A DNA stretch of 64,000 nucleotides, taken from NCBI GenBank assembly GCA_964304625.1, contig OZ199840.1, positions 5,259,200 through 5,323,199 of the forward strand, in the 5' to 3' direction. Position 1 is the stretch's first letter, and each line of letters begins with the position of its first letter. Source of the DNA: Kudoa neothunni (taxonomy: Eukaryota > Animalia > Cnidaria). The position numbers were made by a program, and so were the translations under genes. Positions 13,414 to 26,810 of this stretch are shown here, piece by piece. The notes beneath the pieces were generated by a model that did not search any database, was not told the origin of the DNA, and saw nothing but the letters and a program-made list of their open reading frames with translations.

Positions 13414-16400
13414 TTATTTTTTCGGGAAGGAACGAGACTTGGGCTTGATTTTTTTGACAGCTTCCACTAAATTATTAAGAGAACGGTTTGATTGTTTTGG
13501 TTCGAGTCCACCAGACTGAGTTGTAGCATTGTTTTCCCTAGAGTATTCAATCACGTTATCATAGGAGATGTAGGTTAACTTATAGACGAATTACTTTGAC
13601 CTAACGAATGAACGTTGCGAGGTTTGTTTTTGAAGGACTTTTTGCATTGATTTGGAATCTCTTTAATTAAAAAACAAATTAAATCCATCATAATTATAAT
13701 TAGATTAGATTAGATTAGATTAGATTAAATTAATTAAATTAATAATTTGGATATAGTAACTACATTTAATTGAATTTTAACCCAATTACAACAATATTGA
13801 CACAACATACCTGAAACGTTGATGAGAGGGATCCACAGCAAAATCTGAAGAAGCAAACATCGATGCAAATCTACTATCTGTGGTATCGAGTTCAAATTGT
13901 TCTTCGGTTTTATTGAGTTTCCTTTGTTTGATTATTTTTTTAGCTTTGTTTTTGCTGACTTTATGTTTCTTCATCAATGTAAATAGCCCAGGAAGATTAT
14001 CGGATGTGGCTTCCATGTCTTCCTCTTGGTTATCATCTTTATTACTGTTTATGCTATCTTCAAAGGTATTTTCCTCGGTCACATTGGTTCTGGTGTGTTT
14101 GTGGTGGCTCTTATTATTCAAAGGCTTTACACTCAACACAGGGTCGTTTTGGAACGCTTTTATCAAATGTTGGGGCATTTGAAATTCCGACAAATCCACA
14201 TCACCATCATCAGACTCAGTTTCATTCTCCTCAGGATGTTGCTCAGTTTCCAAATCATTAGCACTTGAGTTATCCGATTCAAGCAAGGCCTAACATTCAG
14301 TTAAATTGTATTAATATTAGATCGGAACCATCTCGAAGGCATCATAAATTATTTTTTCAAAATTGGGAGGATAAAGATATAACTCTAATGATTGTAGATA
14401 AATTAGGATGTTCCAAATTCGATAAATTTCGCATTACAAGGACTTATATTAGATTCGTCATGCATTATTCAGGAAAAGAGTTAACGTCAAATCACTACAA
14501 CTCTACAACTACAGGGCTTATTATTCAATAAAATTCCAATTTATAATAATACTATTATTTTTATTTCAATACATACAATTAACTTCAATTAGAGCGAAAT
14601 TTAACAAATAATTTTCGAAAAATCCTATAATAATAATAATAGCAATAATAAATAATAATTTAATTCTAACCATTATTGGAAAAATACAATCTAAAAAAAT
14701 TTCCACATGCTTCTACTTACAATATTTCCCGATAGTTCAAAAATTTAATCATAAAAATGATTTATAAATATTATATATATATATATATATAACATACAGA
14801 GAAAGTTAAGCAACATGAGTTGATGACATAATGACTATTTTACGCATCAAGACAAACTGCCTTATTCGAGATGTAACGCTCGAATATTTATTACATTAAT
14901 TTTTTAATTTATATCATAATATAACAAAAAAACAACAATTATCCTCCAAAACAAACTTAGATCTATTTTTGACTTAACAGAAATGCTCCAACGAATTTTT
15001 ACAAAAATAATCAATATTGTAAACTCAAACATTTTTTATTCATCAACAAAATAAATTATTCAAAATAATTAAGCTAATAAAATATTTGTATTACTGCAGG
15101 CAGCCGATTCCTTAAAATCCTATCCCAATTCATGAAAAAAGTGTACGCGAAAATAATAAATATCCCATTTTCGGAGATAATGTCTCTTTCCACATCGATT
15201 GCGCAAGAGCGAGACAAATAAGATTAATTTTTTGTTATAAGACGAATCCCCCACAACAATTTTTCAAACCAAATGATAATAATTTTTGTAACGTTCCGCG
15301 GAGGTATAAAGGCATTATTTGGCGGATTCAAAATAATTATTCATTGCCTTGGGTCCAGCTATAATTTTTGCTTCATTCATAACAAAATTAATTAAATTCA
15401 ATTAAATTCAATTAAATTAAATTCAATTAATTTAATTTAAATTTAAATCGAATGGTAAGAGCGGCATTTTCCTAGTAATAGGTATAAATATTCTCATATT
15501 GCTTTGGAATGGGATTAAGCATATTAAATAATGTGCTATAGTGACTCCCCCCACACCATGTTAGTTTAAGCAGAGGCTATTGGCGCGGTAAAATTTAATC
15601 CTAAATGGCATGTCCGCATGCGCGATTGAATCTATAAACAGCTTACAAACTAGAGTTGCTGAGATTAATAATAATAAGTGCGCAAGCGTAGATGCCGTTT
15701 AGAACAGGGGTGCGAGTCGAATTTTAGTTGGGAAGCGCTGCTTTAGGATTAAATAGTCTTCGCCACTAATCACTTTCAACATGCGAAGAAAAATACATTG
15801 AGTGAAATTATTTTATAATTGAATTTTTTTTTTAAATAATGATAATACATGAGTTAAATAATGTCAACTTATTATTGAAGAAATAAAAACTGTCTTTATA
15901 CAATGGGAATAAAATGATGTTGATTATTGGTTAAAAATAAGAAATTTAAACCAGGAGAAAAACGTAAATTCGTGATTTGTGGATAAGAACCATATACCTC
16001 ATTTCGAAAAAGTGGAGTTGTACATTAACAATGCGATATGTTTGATTAGGGAATCATTGCGGATAAAAAATTGATTATAAATATGTAGACACTAAAAATC
16101 TTATGTTTTCAAACCAGCGTAACTTAAGTGAAAATTAGTGTGGTTATTGTAATGCCCAATTTGCGAGGTTTAAATAATCCGGCGCGTATGCAACAAACCT
16201 ATACTTTGTAATTCTTGGAACGGCTCATCGAGTCAGTTTTTTGATATTCCTCATCGAACGACTCCTCATCATGAGACGAAGAAGGTGAAGCAACCAGATT
16301 GTCCAGATCAGCAAAATTAGTCAGAATATCCTCTTGAGTGTATTTCCTAGCACTGCTGGTTAGAATCATACGTTTGGGATTGTTCTCATCCCAATCGAGT

Positions 16401-17618
16401 TTAAGTTTGGTTTGTTGAAGTGCATCCATATAGAAACTAATTCAACACAGCTACAATCAATACCACCACACCGATAAAACCTACTCTAAAGGTTTATAAT
16501 TTTCATCCAAACAACTGCAACTAGATTTGATGTTCTGCTGGTCGAATTCCACATCGTCCGGCACAAAACGAATATCCAAACTAATCGCACTGTGTTCATA
16601 GTCCATACCATCGCATTCATCATAAATATGATTAGCTGTGTCTAACGAAAATAACGTCAATCACAATCAACCACTATCTTTGTATAACCTTTCGCGTCGA
16701 ATTCAACAACCGCATAATAATATTTCATTCGTTGAAGCTGATATTCTCGATATGCTTCATTGAAATCTTCGTCTGAAGGGCGAGATAATTTACGTTGGGT
16801 TTCATCCAATGATCTCACCAAATCTTGAGGTCCATGTTCAGATTCGTTGTCCAATTTCTCTCTGCCATACTCCGAGATATACACCTTTGAACAATTCCAT
16901 CAACCACACATATTTCAACTGATGTGATTAATCGATACATTAACATTTTTGATGTGGCCATGTGTTGGAAGAAACGATTGAAGAATCATAAAAATATCAT
17001 TGGCATCGATCCGGTCCCAATCCATATTACAAATCGCTAAACGATTGGTGATATTTGTGGTTGATTTGGTGGAGCTTTGTGCGGCTTCTTTAAATTTATT
17101 CAGTACGTCATTCTTAATTTGAAAATAACTCGAGATGATTCCTTGCACAAAAATACTTGAGAATCATCGTACAAGCCATCTCCATGCAAAATATCATCGT
17201 GCTCAAATTCATCTGAATCCAACTCGGATGACTCTGAATTCAATTTTTCTCCACGAATATTTCTTGATCTTTTTTTCCACGATGATTTCTCATCAATTTC
17301 GTACATCATTTTCAAGTGTTCGCCATCATTCTTTTTCACTTTTCTACCTCGTTTATCCACGTATCCTAGCAAATATATTAACATATTTAATTATGATCTT
17401 AAAAACGTGTTAGAACGTTAGATGTCACTTTTTTGAGTAAATTTCGGATCTGTTAATACACCTGAGAATCTCTCATCAACTTTTACCTTTCTCTTTCGAG
17501 TTGGTAATTTCTTTAACAGATTATTCAATCATTAAGGTTGTTATACGACTAGTTTTACATTATATATTGGATTCTCAAGTATTGTTTTAAGTCGATCTTC
17601 CTTCTGCTGCTGGCTCAT
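13414..17618 (-). CDS. ESF1: ESF1 nucleolar pre-rRNA processing protein; includes a 1.9-kb intron (14290-16204)
   Basis: [64 protein letters not shown] and the NUC153-like [15 protein letters not shown]. All exons join in frame. Confidence 0.95.
15575..15770. mobile_element. Short MITE of the same TIR family as 7765-8867, inside the ESF1 giant intron
   Basis: Left GGCTATTGGCGCGGTAAAATTTAATCCTAAA; right TTTAGGATTAAATAGTCTTCGCCA is an imperfect inverted match. Confidence 0.7.
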
Positions 17619-18307
17619 TGTGTGGTCGCGCCTGCGTGTGAAGTTATTTTAATCAGTAATGATGTTGTTTGTTGGGCGTCTACATCAATATCAAAACATC
17701 ATACCCACTCGTGGTTCTATATAAACATAAAATAAGTCATGTGCAATTGATTTAATTTGTTTTCTCGATTGATTGTTTTTTGTGTTACAAAAAAAAAAAC
17801 GAAAACACATGTGTATTAGAATTTCATATTGGCTAGTTCAATTTCTCTCTAATTTTATGGCTCATGGTAGAATCATGCCATTTCCTATTTGTTCTACTAC
17901 CTCCTGTGATTCCATATATTTCTCCTATTTATTGAATTCATGTCACATTTAAGTCTGGGCTATGCGTAATTTTGCGAATAATGCAGCTCAAGGAGGGTGT
18001 TCGATATGATCGGAAGAGTGGATTGTTTATTACATGAATTTTTCTATCTTTTTTTTTGCTGCAACAATAAATATTGACTCGATAATACAACTTTTATTAT
18101 TTAAATCATAAAAACATATAATACAAACGAAATCACGGGGAAATTATCAAATCAGCTATTAATACGTGTTTCTATAATAGATAAAAATATCATTTTAATT
18201 TGTAATATTTTTGATACAAAGGAAAGAATAAATACAGATACTGTCGGCAACCGGTAGTAAATAATCCCCTTGGTATGGTTTCAAAATTTCGTACCATCGG
18301 TGAGGAC

Positions 18308-20027
18308 CAGGGCGTCCAAACCTTGGGCTCCCCCTACCGAGATTTTGAGATTTTTCTATTAACATTGGATTCTTGGGGTTTTGTGTTTATTTACAAAACT
18401 TTTAGATTATTGAATTGTTTGAGATTAGTTTATAAATAATTAGTTTTAGAGCTAGGTAGAATAATCATATTTGTTGTTTTAGTAATGGGGAGAGTAAAAT
18501 TATTCGAAATTTTAAAAAGATATCACGATCGTCGGCAACGCGCTATTTTCCTACCCTTGGATAATGGCTATTCAATCAATTGTTCTTATTATTCTGTGAT
18601 TGTATTTGGGTATTTCAACATTGTGTTAAAATTTTCTTGATTTTTAATAATATATTTTGAGGTTATTGACGTGTATTATTTTAAAGTATGCGTGAAAATT
18701 CAAACGAAGCTCAAAATTGAACGTGGGGTAATATGTACTTCAATCAAGATTGGTTAAAAGTAGACTTAAATACTGGCTTTAGTATGATTCTAACGACAGG
18801 AATTCCAGCTAGTGAAAATGTTGAACGAATTTTTTCATTAATAACTAAATAAACCAACTCATTAAAGACTGAAACTGTAAAATGTAAACTTCTCGCTGAG
18901 CAGTTGATCGTAATAAATAAAAATAATAGGTTGGATGAAATTTTATCAACTTTGTACATGTTCAGTACCTAATCATTTCGGCAAGATAAATGAAATTCAG
19001 TTAGCGAAATATTCTCCAATAATAACTCTGTAAGCATTAGCACAGTTATTATGTATTATTTGGAAATGAAGATTTATATTTATCAAATAGAAACCATTTT
19101 TATAAAATTAAAATAACGTTATTGAACTCTCATCAGACAAACCACCAGCTTTTAGTCTTAAGATAAATACAACCTTTTTCCGGAAGAACAATTCCTAGTA
19201 AACAAGAAAAACGTTTAGGAATCTTAGGATGTGTATAAATTATTGTGAACTAATTGATTATGGTGTGGTGTTATCATGTCCATCTAAAGTAAAGAGCGCT
19301 GAACGTCCACATTAATAGTTGTTGGTATTTATATAAAGAGAAAAAAATAAATTATATGCGATGCGTGAAATAACGGCTCTCAGTTGAAATAATAAATTTC
19401 CTTTGTGTTATTAATAACCGAATAAATTGCACTATGATAACAATAATACATCGTTATATAGCAAAAAAATAGAACATATAATATGTAAAATATCAGACTC
19501 GAAAAAGTAAAAATATAACGTACTGGGGGTTATGTAAATAGTGTATTATTTATCATCTTAAGAGTTGTAGCGCTGCTTGAATCCTTGAATCATGCGCACC
19601 CCATTAAATTTACACTAGTAATTGTTGATATTTCACGGAATTAGGACAAATATAATTACATTTATAGATTAAAAACTGCTAATAAAGGATTTAAAAACAA
19701 TCTTTAACCACTGAATTCATTACCATAAAATAAGAAAATTTGTTGTCTTGGATCTCTTTTATAATAATATGTCTTTTAGCGAAAAATCATTTATTAGGAA
19801 ATAGAAGTTGAAATTTTAAAAAAATGCTGGTTTAGGAGTAATTTCCTCCTATCGCAATTTGCAATAGACAGTCCGAGCATGCGGATTAAACGGACCCGTT
19901 TTCTAAATAGCCACTGCCTAATTAGAAAACGCGTTAAAAAGAAAAAATTTTGTTATTATAATAATATTATTGTGTTTTTTAAAAGTTCAACCTTGGTTTA
20001 TTTCCGATAGTCTCATTGGACGCCCTG
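18308..20027 (+). mobile_element. Degenerate hAT transposon (1.7 kb)
   Basis: Perfect 12-bp TIRs CAGGGCGTCCAA / TTGGACGCCCTG. The flanking 8-mers GTGAGGAC and GTGAGAGT match at 5/8. An internal relic at ~18800-18890 reads IPASENVERIFS...NSLKTETV, resembling the hAT C-terminal dimerisation domain. Confidence 0.8.
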
Positions 20028-21706
20028 GTGAGAGTGCCGGCAGTACGGAATGAATTGCGCGCGCTTGATTATTTATTTTGCATTATATCTTAAATTCTTA
20101 TAATCAGAAAATCGTCAAATTTAATTCGAAAAAATGAAAATTGAAATTATATTATTAAAATGAAAAATAATTTCAATCGTGTAACATGATCCAGTGCTTC
20201 CTTAAAACTGACTGGTCTGTTGACAGACGCTTCCATTGTCTGAGTTTCGAAGTCGATTATAATAACGTTGTCAATACGGTCAACTTAACAAATATAATAA
20301 ATACTAGAATAATTAATATTAATGCAACCATTTAACTTAGACATAGAGGAAATCTTAAAATTTTTGATTGTAGCAGCATTGGCACCATTATAAGAAAGAC
20401 CGGAGTAATATTTTATTATATATTTCTTCGACAGTTTTGTATTTGGTCCGGAATTATTATTCATTTTCAATAGTATAATATTTGAAAACCTAAAATCAAC
20501 AAAAATAAATTGTGTACTATCCATAAGTCACGCGACAAACAAATGTGAAAGTTTCGCAGTTTTTTATTTTAATATTTAAATGCTTAAACGTCAATATAAT
20601 CATAGAATTATTATATAACATGTTAAAATGACTACGCAAAATATTTTGAAAAATGCAAATTGCGTTCTATCGGTAACCCACTGTATACAAAAAACTCATT
20701 TTTTGCGATTACTTTAATAAATATTAAAATATTGGTTTCAATAATCGTTATTAGGATTAATTCAAAATTCAACCTTCAACCTTCAACCTTCAAATTCTAT
20801 GCAACAAATATATGATAAAACTCGCCTTAATAAATAATTTCACCAATAAATGGAAAATACAACGAAATAATCTAATATTTTAAAGTTACAAAAATTTATT
20901 TTTTTGGATGTATTTCCATATATTTAATATTGTCTGGAATTTTTTCACGAGATTTTCTATGTAACCAAACTTAAAAATGTTACATATTAAGACAAAATTA
21001 TTTTTCGTGAATAATATTTAATTGAAATGTATGTTTAACTATTTATACGTAAATATTTACTAAAAAAATTTGTATAATTAGAAAAATTTTCAACACATAC
21101 ATAGATAGCGTCTAGTTAAATTTAAAGGTTGGAGATTATATGCACATATAAAGTATCCCCTTACAGTTGATGTCTAAAGTTGATTTTCAAGAATCTGCTG
21201 TATTAAATTATTTGTGAACATTAAAAGCGTAGTGGTGGGTCAGCAATAATTAAATATAGTCAAGACTAGCGACACATGAATTTTACTTAACATGTAAATA
21301 GTCATTTTCTAAATTGGGTGACCAGTGTTTTGCGCCGTCGACTCGTTCGTACTTTTAACAAAAAGAAAATTTTTATTGCATTAATTTTTGTTGTAAAGAT
21401 ATTGTTATGTTTCTTAAGTGCGCTCACCCAAAATATAAAATAACACACGCAGCCCGACTGGGTCGAATATAATAATATTAAGTGATTTTTAGCGTGACGG
21501 ATATGCCGCCTATAATAAGCAGTTATAACCAGTTATAACCAGTTATAGTTAATCCTTAACATCCTTCTAGGGCCAATTTGGTAATGACACCATTGCCAGC
21601 TTCGCCGATCTTCTCAAAATTAGTGTGCTATTTTTCACTTTATTTTCAGCGGTTGTTGACGTCTCCGCTCTGGGCTCTTTCGGATGGGGAGCAGTTCCGC
21701 TTATAG

Positions 21707-22382
21707 CAGTGTTCCCAACCTTTTTTCTATCGCGCCACATCATTATAACATAAAAATATTGATTTTTTTAATTTAAACTGTTTATAACATTGAATAAAGC
21801 TCCCATCACATTAAAATCTAAAATTAAATAATATATATATTTCTTTTCTCATTAAAACCAAAATGTGTTTGATCAGACTTAATTTAGTGATGGAACTTAA
21901 AAATTTACATTTTTAGTTCTTTATTCCGTCAAAAACAGTCTCAAATGAAACTCACTGTAATGCAACTTTCATTAGAAAAGATATTCGTGTATACGGGCTA
22001 ATGAAGCAAAAATAAATTATATAAATACAACAATAATCTATATTATATTAGGTTTAATCAGAAAAAGGAGGGTGAACGATTCTAAATGAGACAATGTCGA
22101 TATTCGCACCATTCTGATTCTATTCGGGTGAAGGAAGCGTTAAATATTATTATTAATTTAGTTTGTATAGTTAGTCATTGCCTTTTATATTTTTTATGAT
22201 ATTAATCGTCACTTATAAATAAACGGTATCGAAATTCGTTATATTGACTTCAAAGTACGTCATTCTGTCCAATTATCTCACCATTATTCGTGTCACGCCA
22301 ATACTCAGGATTTTCCAGGTCCCACACCAGAGCGGTTCATTAATCGATTAAACATTCTCACACCCAACGTTGAGAAACACTG
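21707..22382. mobile_element. hAT (Buster/Charlie-type) non-autonomous element, immediately followed by another hAT-like end at 22391
   Basis: Ends CAGTGTTCCCAACC ... GTTGAGAAACACTG. Flanks GCTTATAG / TCCTATAA fit an nnnTAnnn-type target and match at 5/8. The next element starts CAGTGGTGGGCAC. Confidence 0.65.
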
Positions 22383-23630
22383 TCCTATAACAGTGGTGGG
22401 CACAACTTTTAGGGGTGCGGGTAATATTAGCGGCATTCAGAAGCTTGGAGGGCCGCATTGTTGACTACGCGATTTTTGAGAATTTAAATACCCGTTGGTG
22501 GCTTTTCTATCCTCCTTGATACATTAAAACAAGTAAATATATAAATTAATATAAAAATTCTTCCAATTAATTAAACTTTTTGAGGAATTAAATGGATTTT
22601 TTTGGACAGAAATTTTGTGATTGGCATATTATTGTAAATTACGAATGAAACTATAGACTTTATATTAAATAAATTTTGATTTTAACTCAAGGTATGAAAA
22701 GTTATTAATATTCATTAAGTAGACATGAAATACTTAAACAATAACTCTGATAGAATTATTTCAGAGTTACTTTAAACATGATATTCAATATAACATATCA
22801 TACTCTAAAAGAGGTCTAAGTTTTAAATACGTGTATAATAAAGTTAGCCATAAAAATTACATTTATGATATTTCAGATTGCATCAAATTTATTGAGAACT
22901 AAATGTCACCAACGCATATAAGTAGAACTAATTCTCATAATGTGCAACTTGAAAATTAAATATAGAAACAAAAGATTCAGCGAAAACAAATAACGTATGA
23001 ATAGGGGGTCGTAGTTTACGACGTTTATTCTCTAAAAATTCGACGATTAAAATCGACTAAAATTATTTTTATTTTTAAATGATAAAAATCTCCATTCGAT
23101 TTTGAAAATAATATTCAAAATATTGTGCCAAGGAGATGAAATTTTTTCTCTTATTCATTTAAATTTCAAATGAACATTGAGCATGAAAGGCGTAATATTT
23201 AGAATTTTTTTCGCTATCGTCGAATTTTTCCTCCATATATAATATGTATATATCTTATTTAACTTAAAATTTCAAAACAAATAATTAATGGAAGATGATG
23301 ATTTCCCGGGACCATCTCCCTTTCGCTATTCATGTATTTCCGCGTAACATAATGATTGTCTCTCTTGATAATTCAAAATTTGAACGTAACACCGAGCTAT
23401 GTCGCCTGGAGTTATTTAATCTCCATACGTTTTAAACTTAGATAACTTAGTTTCTCATTGCAGATAGAGCTAGCGAATCACAGATTATCGACCCCTGACT
23501 CTGTAGATAAAAATTCACGCATATACTTCAATGAAAAAAAGGAACGATCACTTGAATTATACAAAATTTCTATATATAGTTGATAGGATACAAAATTTAC
23601 TAATGTTTACACATACAAAACTGTACAATA

Positions 23631-26186
23631 CTAGAAATCCTTGTTTTGATTGTTTTCAAGGATGTGTTTGAGAGCACTTTCGATGCGATTCAACTAAATA
23701 AAATGGTCAATAAATAGAGTGATCTATAAATAGAAATGCATACTCTTGCATCCAATGCAACAATATTTGAATTGAGGTTGACAACACTGTCAACTTTGCC
23801 AGCGCGTTTAACTGGACTCAGGAAAATTTAGAAAAACGGTTGACGTTCGGATAAGTGAAGTACCTGTGTTATGGCTGGAAGTGAAAGAGGTGAACGAATG
23901 TTTAGGGCCAGTGTGAGACTTGTTGAAAGCTTTTTGAAAGTTTTCAGTGAGAGTGTTCAATTGGTGTTGGATTTCGATATTTTGACGATGGATTTTGTTG
24001 ACAACATTTTCCAGGGTGGAATCCTGTTTTCTAGCCATCTAAACACACGATGAATACATATTAGATTTCAACGATTATTTGGGAATAATGATTAAATCAA
24101 ATCAAATCAAATCAAATCAAATATTAAAAGAAAAACCTACCCTGAAACTGTTTAGTGCAATGTTGAGTTGGATTTCGGACAAAAATTGAAAAACATGCAT
24201 ATAGGCCCTATCAAAAATGATTTTACGATACAACCCACACGTCACCATTGCACTAATATAAATACTTGGTGTTGGCAATATGCTCGGATATTTCTAAAAT
24301 GAATATTAGCACCTATTCGATACAGCATAAAAAAACCAATTACTGATATAGGTGAGACATTGTTTGTTTTTGGATCCATTGTAGACTGTGATAGTTGCTG
24401 AATTATCAGCTGGATTGTAGTTTTCTATGACATAATTTGATTTTTTATGAGCATTCACCGTGGATGGTCTATTGTTGGTTTTATCTTGAGTGTTTTCAGT
24501 TTCGAACGGTTGATTTTGAATAATAGAGCCTCCATAGGTGGTCAACTTCACATAGAGCTTTTTAAAGTATTTTGATTGACGTCCTTTGGTGACAATTGAA
24601 TGGCGTCTCCAAGCACTTTGAATTAGTAGGATAGCAGGTAGTCGACGATTTTGTGCTTGTTCCTTTTTCTCCTCATGGTCCAATTGTAACGCAAAACCGG
24701 AACCTATTACCCCCTACAATTCACACAGAAATCAACAACAACAACAACAACTACCACTGGAAATGGTAAAAACAGTTTCAAATTACAGAAGGTACTGCAA
24801 CCAATGCCAATCCAATAAATGAGGACATGGTAATCAATATTTTGCCGCCAATTGTTGTTGGATGAATATCACCATAACCAACTGTGGTGAATGATATCTA
24901 TAACACAATGGATTTCCTATGTCAGTATAAATGTCACCAACAATATATACCACAGAAAAATAGAAACTATCGGGTAATGATGTCAATTTGGCATTCACAC
25001 TCTCGTACTCGAACAAATAGAACATAAACGATATAAAAGTTGTTAAATATATTATGAGTAGGTAGGTTGAGAGAATTTCTTTGCGATGTCTCCACGCAAT
25101 CGCTCCCATTACGTGCAAAGTGTTGTTGTAACGTTCATAGTGGAGCAGTTTGAATATTTGTAACGCTTGAAACCCAATTATAAAAACTGGTACTCTTTAT
25201 TGGATGGAGAGAAAAAGATTACAAAAATCCCCCACAGCAAACAACATAATAGATTACTACTGAGATAGTCAGTCCAACCCAGAGAACAAAGATAAATTTT
25301 ATTATAAAACACACTATTGCGAAAATATCTTCAATAAAGGTCAATCTACTATTTAAACTCCTCGCTTATTAAAATTCACCTATCAATGCATGGAATGTGT
25401 ACAAATAGGAGAGACGACCATTCTTTTTGTATTTCAACTGCACATCACAACACCACACATGCAAAATTAATTCAATAAAAAATAATGATGCTAACAGAAA
25501 TTCCTAAAACACAATCACATTATCCTCAACGTTACTGACAACAACTACATTACCATCGACAAGTAGGTTATCAATACATTGGGATGATTCCGAAAACCTT
25601 GAACACAATATACCATCGATAGTGCTATTGTAATAAGACACAACGCAAACCTACATACAATTTTTAAAGACTAAAAATTTTAAAAAATATTCTATACATT
25701 CGAATCTAATAATCAAGTAATAAATTAACTGATAATTAAATTGGTTATTGAAAATAATATAATTGAAATGGAATAATATTTGGTGGTTAATCGAAATAAA
25801 ATTACGTGAATGCATGATACAAATAGGCAGCTATTGTTGAGGGATAGTTCAAAAATTTGTACACCGTTTTCTTAGCCAGTACACGCTTTTTCTTAATTCG
25901 ATAATGCTCAGTTATTGCTTCAATCATAAATTGCTCATCAAACTCAAAATCTTCTACATTCTTTTTCGATGATCTTATATGAAATCTACTCCCTTTCAAT
26001 GGTTCAGATGGATTAATTTTGGAGTTGTAGTTATGGGGCGGTTGAGGTTGAATAAAATTGTCAACACTTGTTCTCTCTAATCTTGTCGGAGTGGAGAAAC
26101 CCATAGATCTCGTTGGTATTCTCATTCATTGGATCACCAGTCGACCGTGTTACATTGGTGCCATTGGTTTTTTCTGCAGGGTTCAT
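23631..26186 (-). CDS. KCNQ/Kv7-like K+ channel, paralogue A (start 26186 or 26125; frame ambiguity near 25182-25186)
   Basis: VYKFLNYP..AYLYH, S2 E..F..E, S4 LQIFKLLHYER, HRKEI, filter TTVGYGD, S6 VPS|GVIGSGFAL, helix A PAILLIQSAWRR, helix B/C and a C-terminal coiled coil. Confidence 0.92.
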
Positions 26187-26762
26187 CTCTATCCGAACGA
26201 TCTACAAATAATCACTGATATTATGAGTTCATATAATAATAAATCCGATTAGCAATCGTTTTTTGTGTATATCTAGAATAGAGTTCTGAAAATATGACCA
26301 CATGATATAAATGTTTAATTACGATAATAACAAGTTGAATCGAATCCAGTACCACCTCTATCTACAGTGCTAAATAACATGTTAGCGTATTCATTTGGAT
26401 TATATTTAATCCGATTAAGATTTGTCGCTTGTGTACAAATCCGGAGGGGTTCTAACTTGAAATCTTCAATTGCTCGTGGGAGTTTTTCTCAGTAAATATT
26501 TCGATGGTTCTAGTAGGTGTTGGAAAAATTTTATTTTATAATGTAATATTATGTTATATTTTAAAATTTCCATGATATAAATGAGACTAGAATTCATTTA
26601 TTGCGGTACCCATTCATCAAATTAAAAATTAGTAACAGATTAAATAATCGCACATTTAATCCTTCCATCACCACATTCCTGGATTAATTATTTGATCAAG
26701 TTATCATCCAATCACACCATATGATAAGATTGATAATCAACGTTTTTGGATTGTCCATTATA

Positions 26763-26810
26763 TTTATTTAACTATTAACTATTTAACTATTTAATTGGGG
26801 GGGGGGGGGG
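26763..26810. repeat. TATTTAAC-like tandem repeat followed by a G homopolymer
   Basis: Directly visible upstream of KCNQ-A. Confidence 0.8.

Noticed and set aside
12880-14268. Plus-strand ORFs (12880, 12966, 13880, 14004, 14026)
   Set aside because: They are antisense shadows of P4HA and ESF1 exons with no recognisable motifs.
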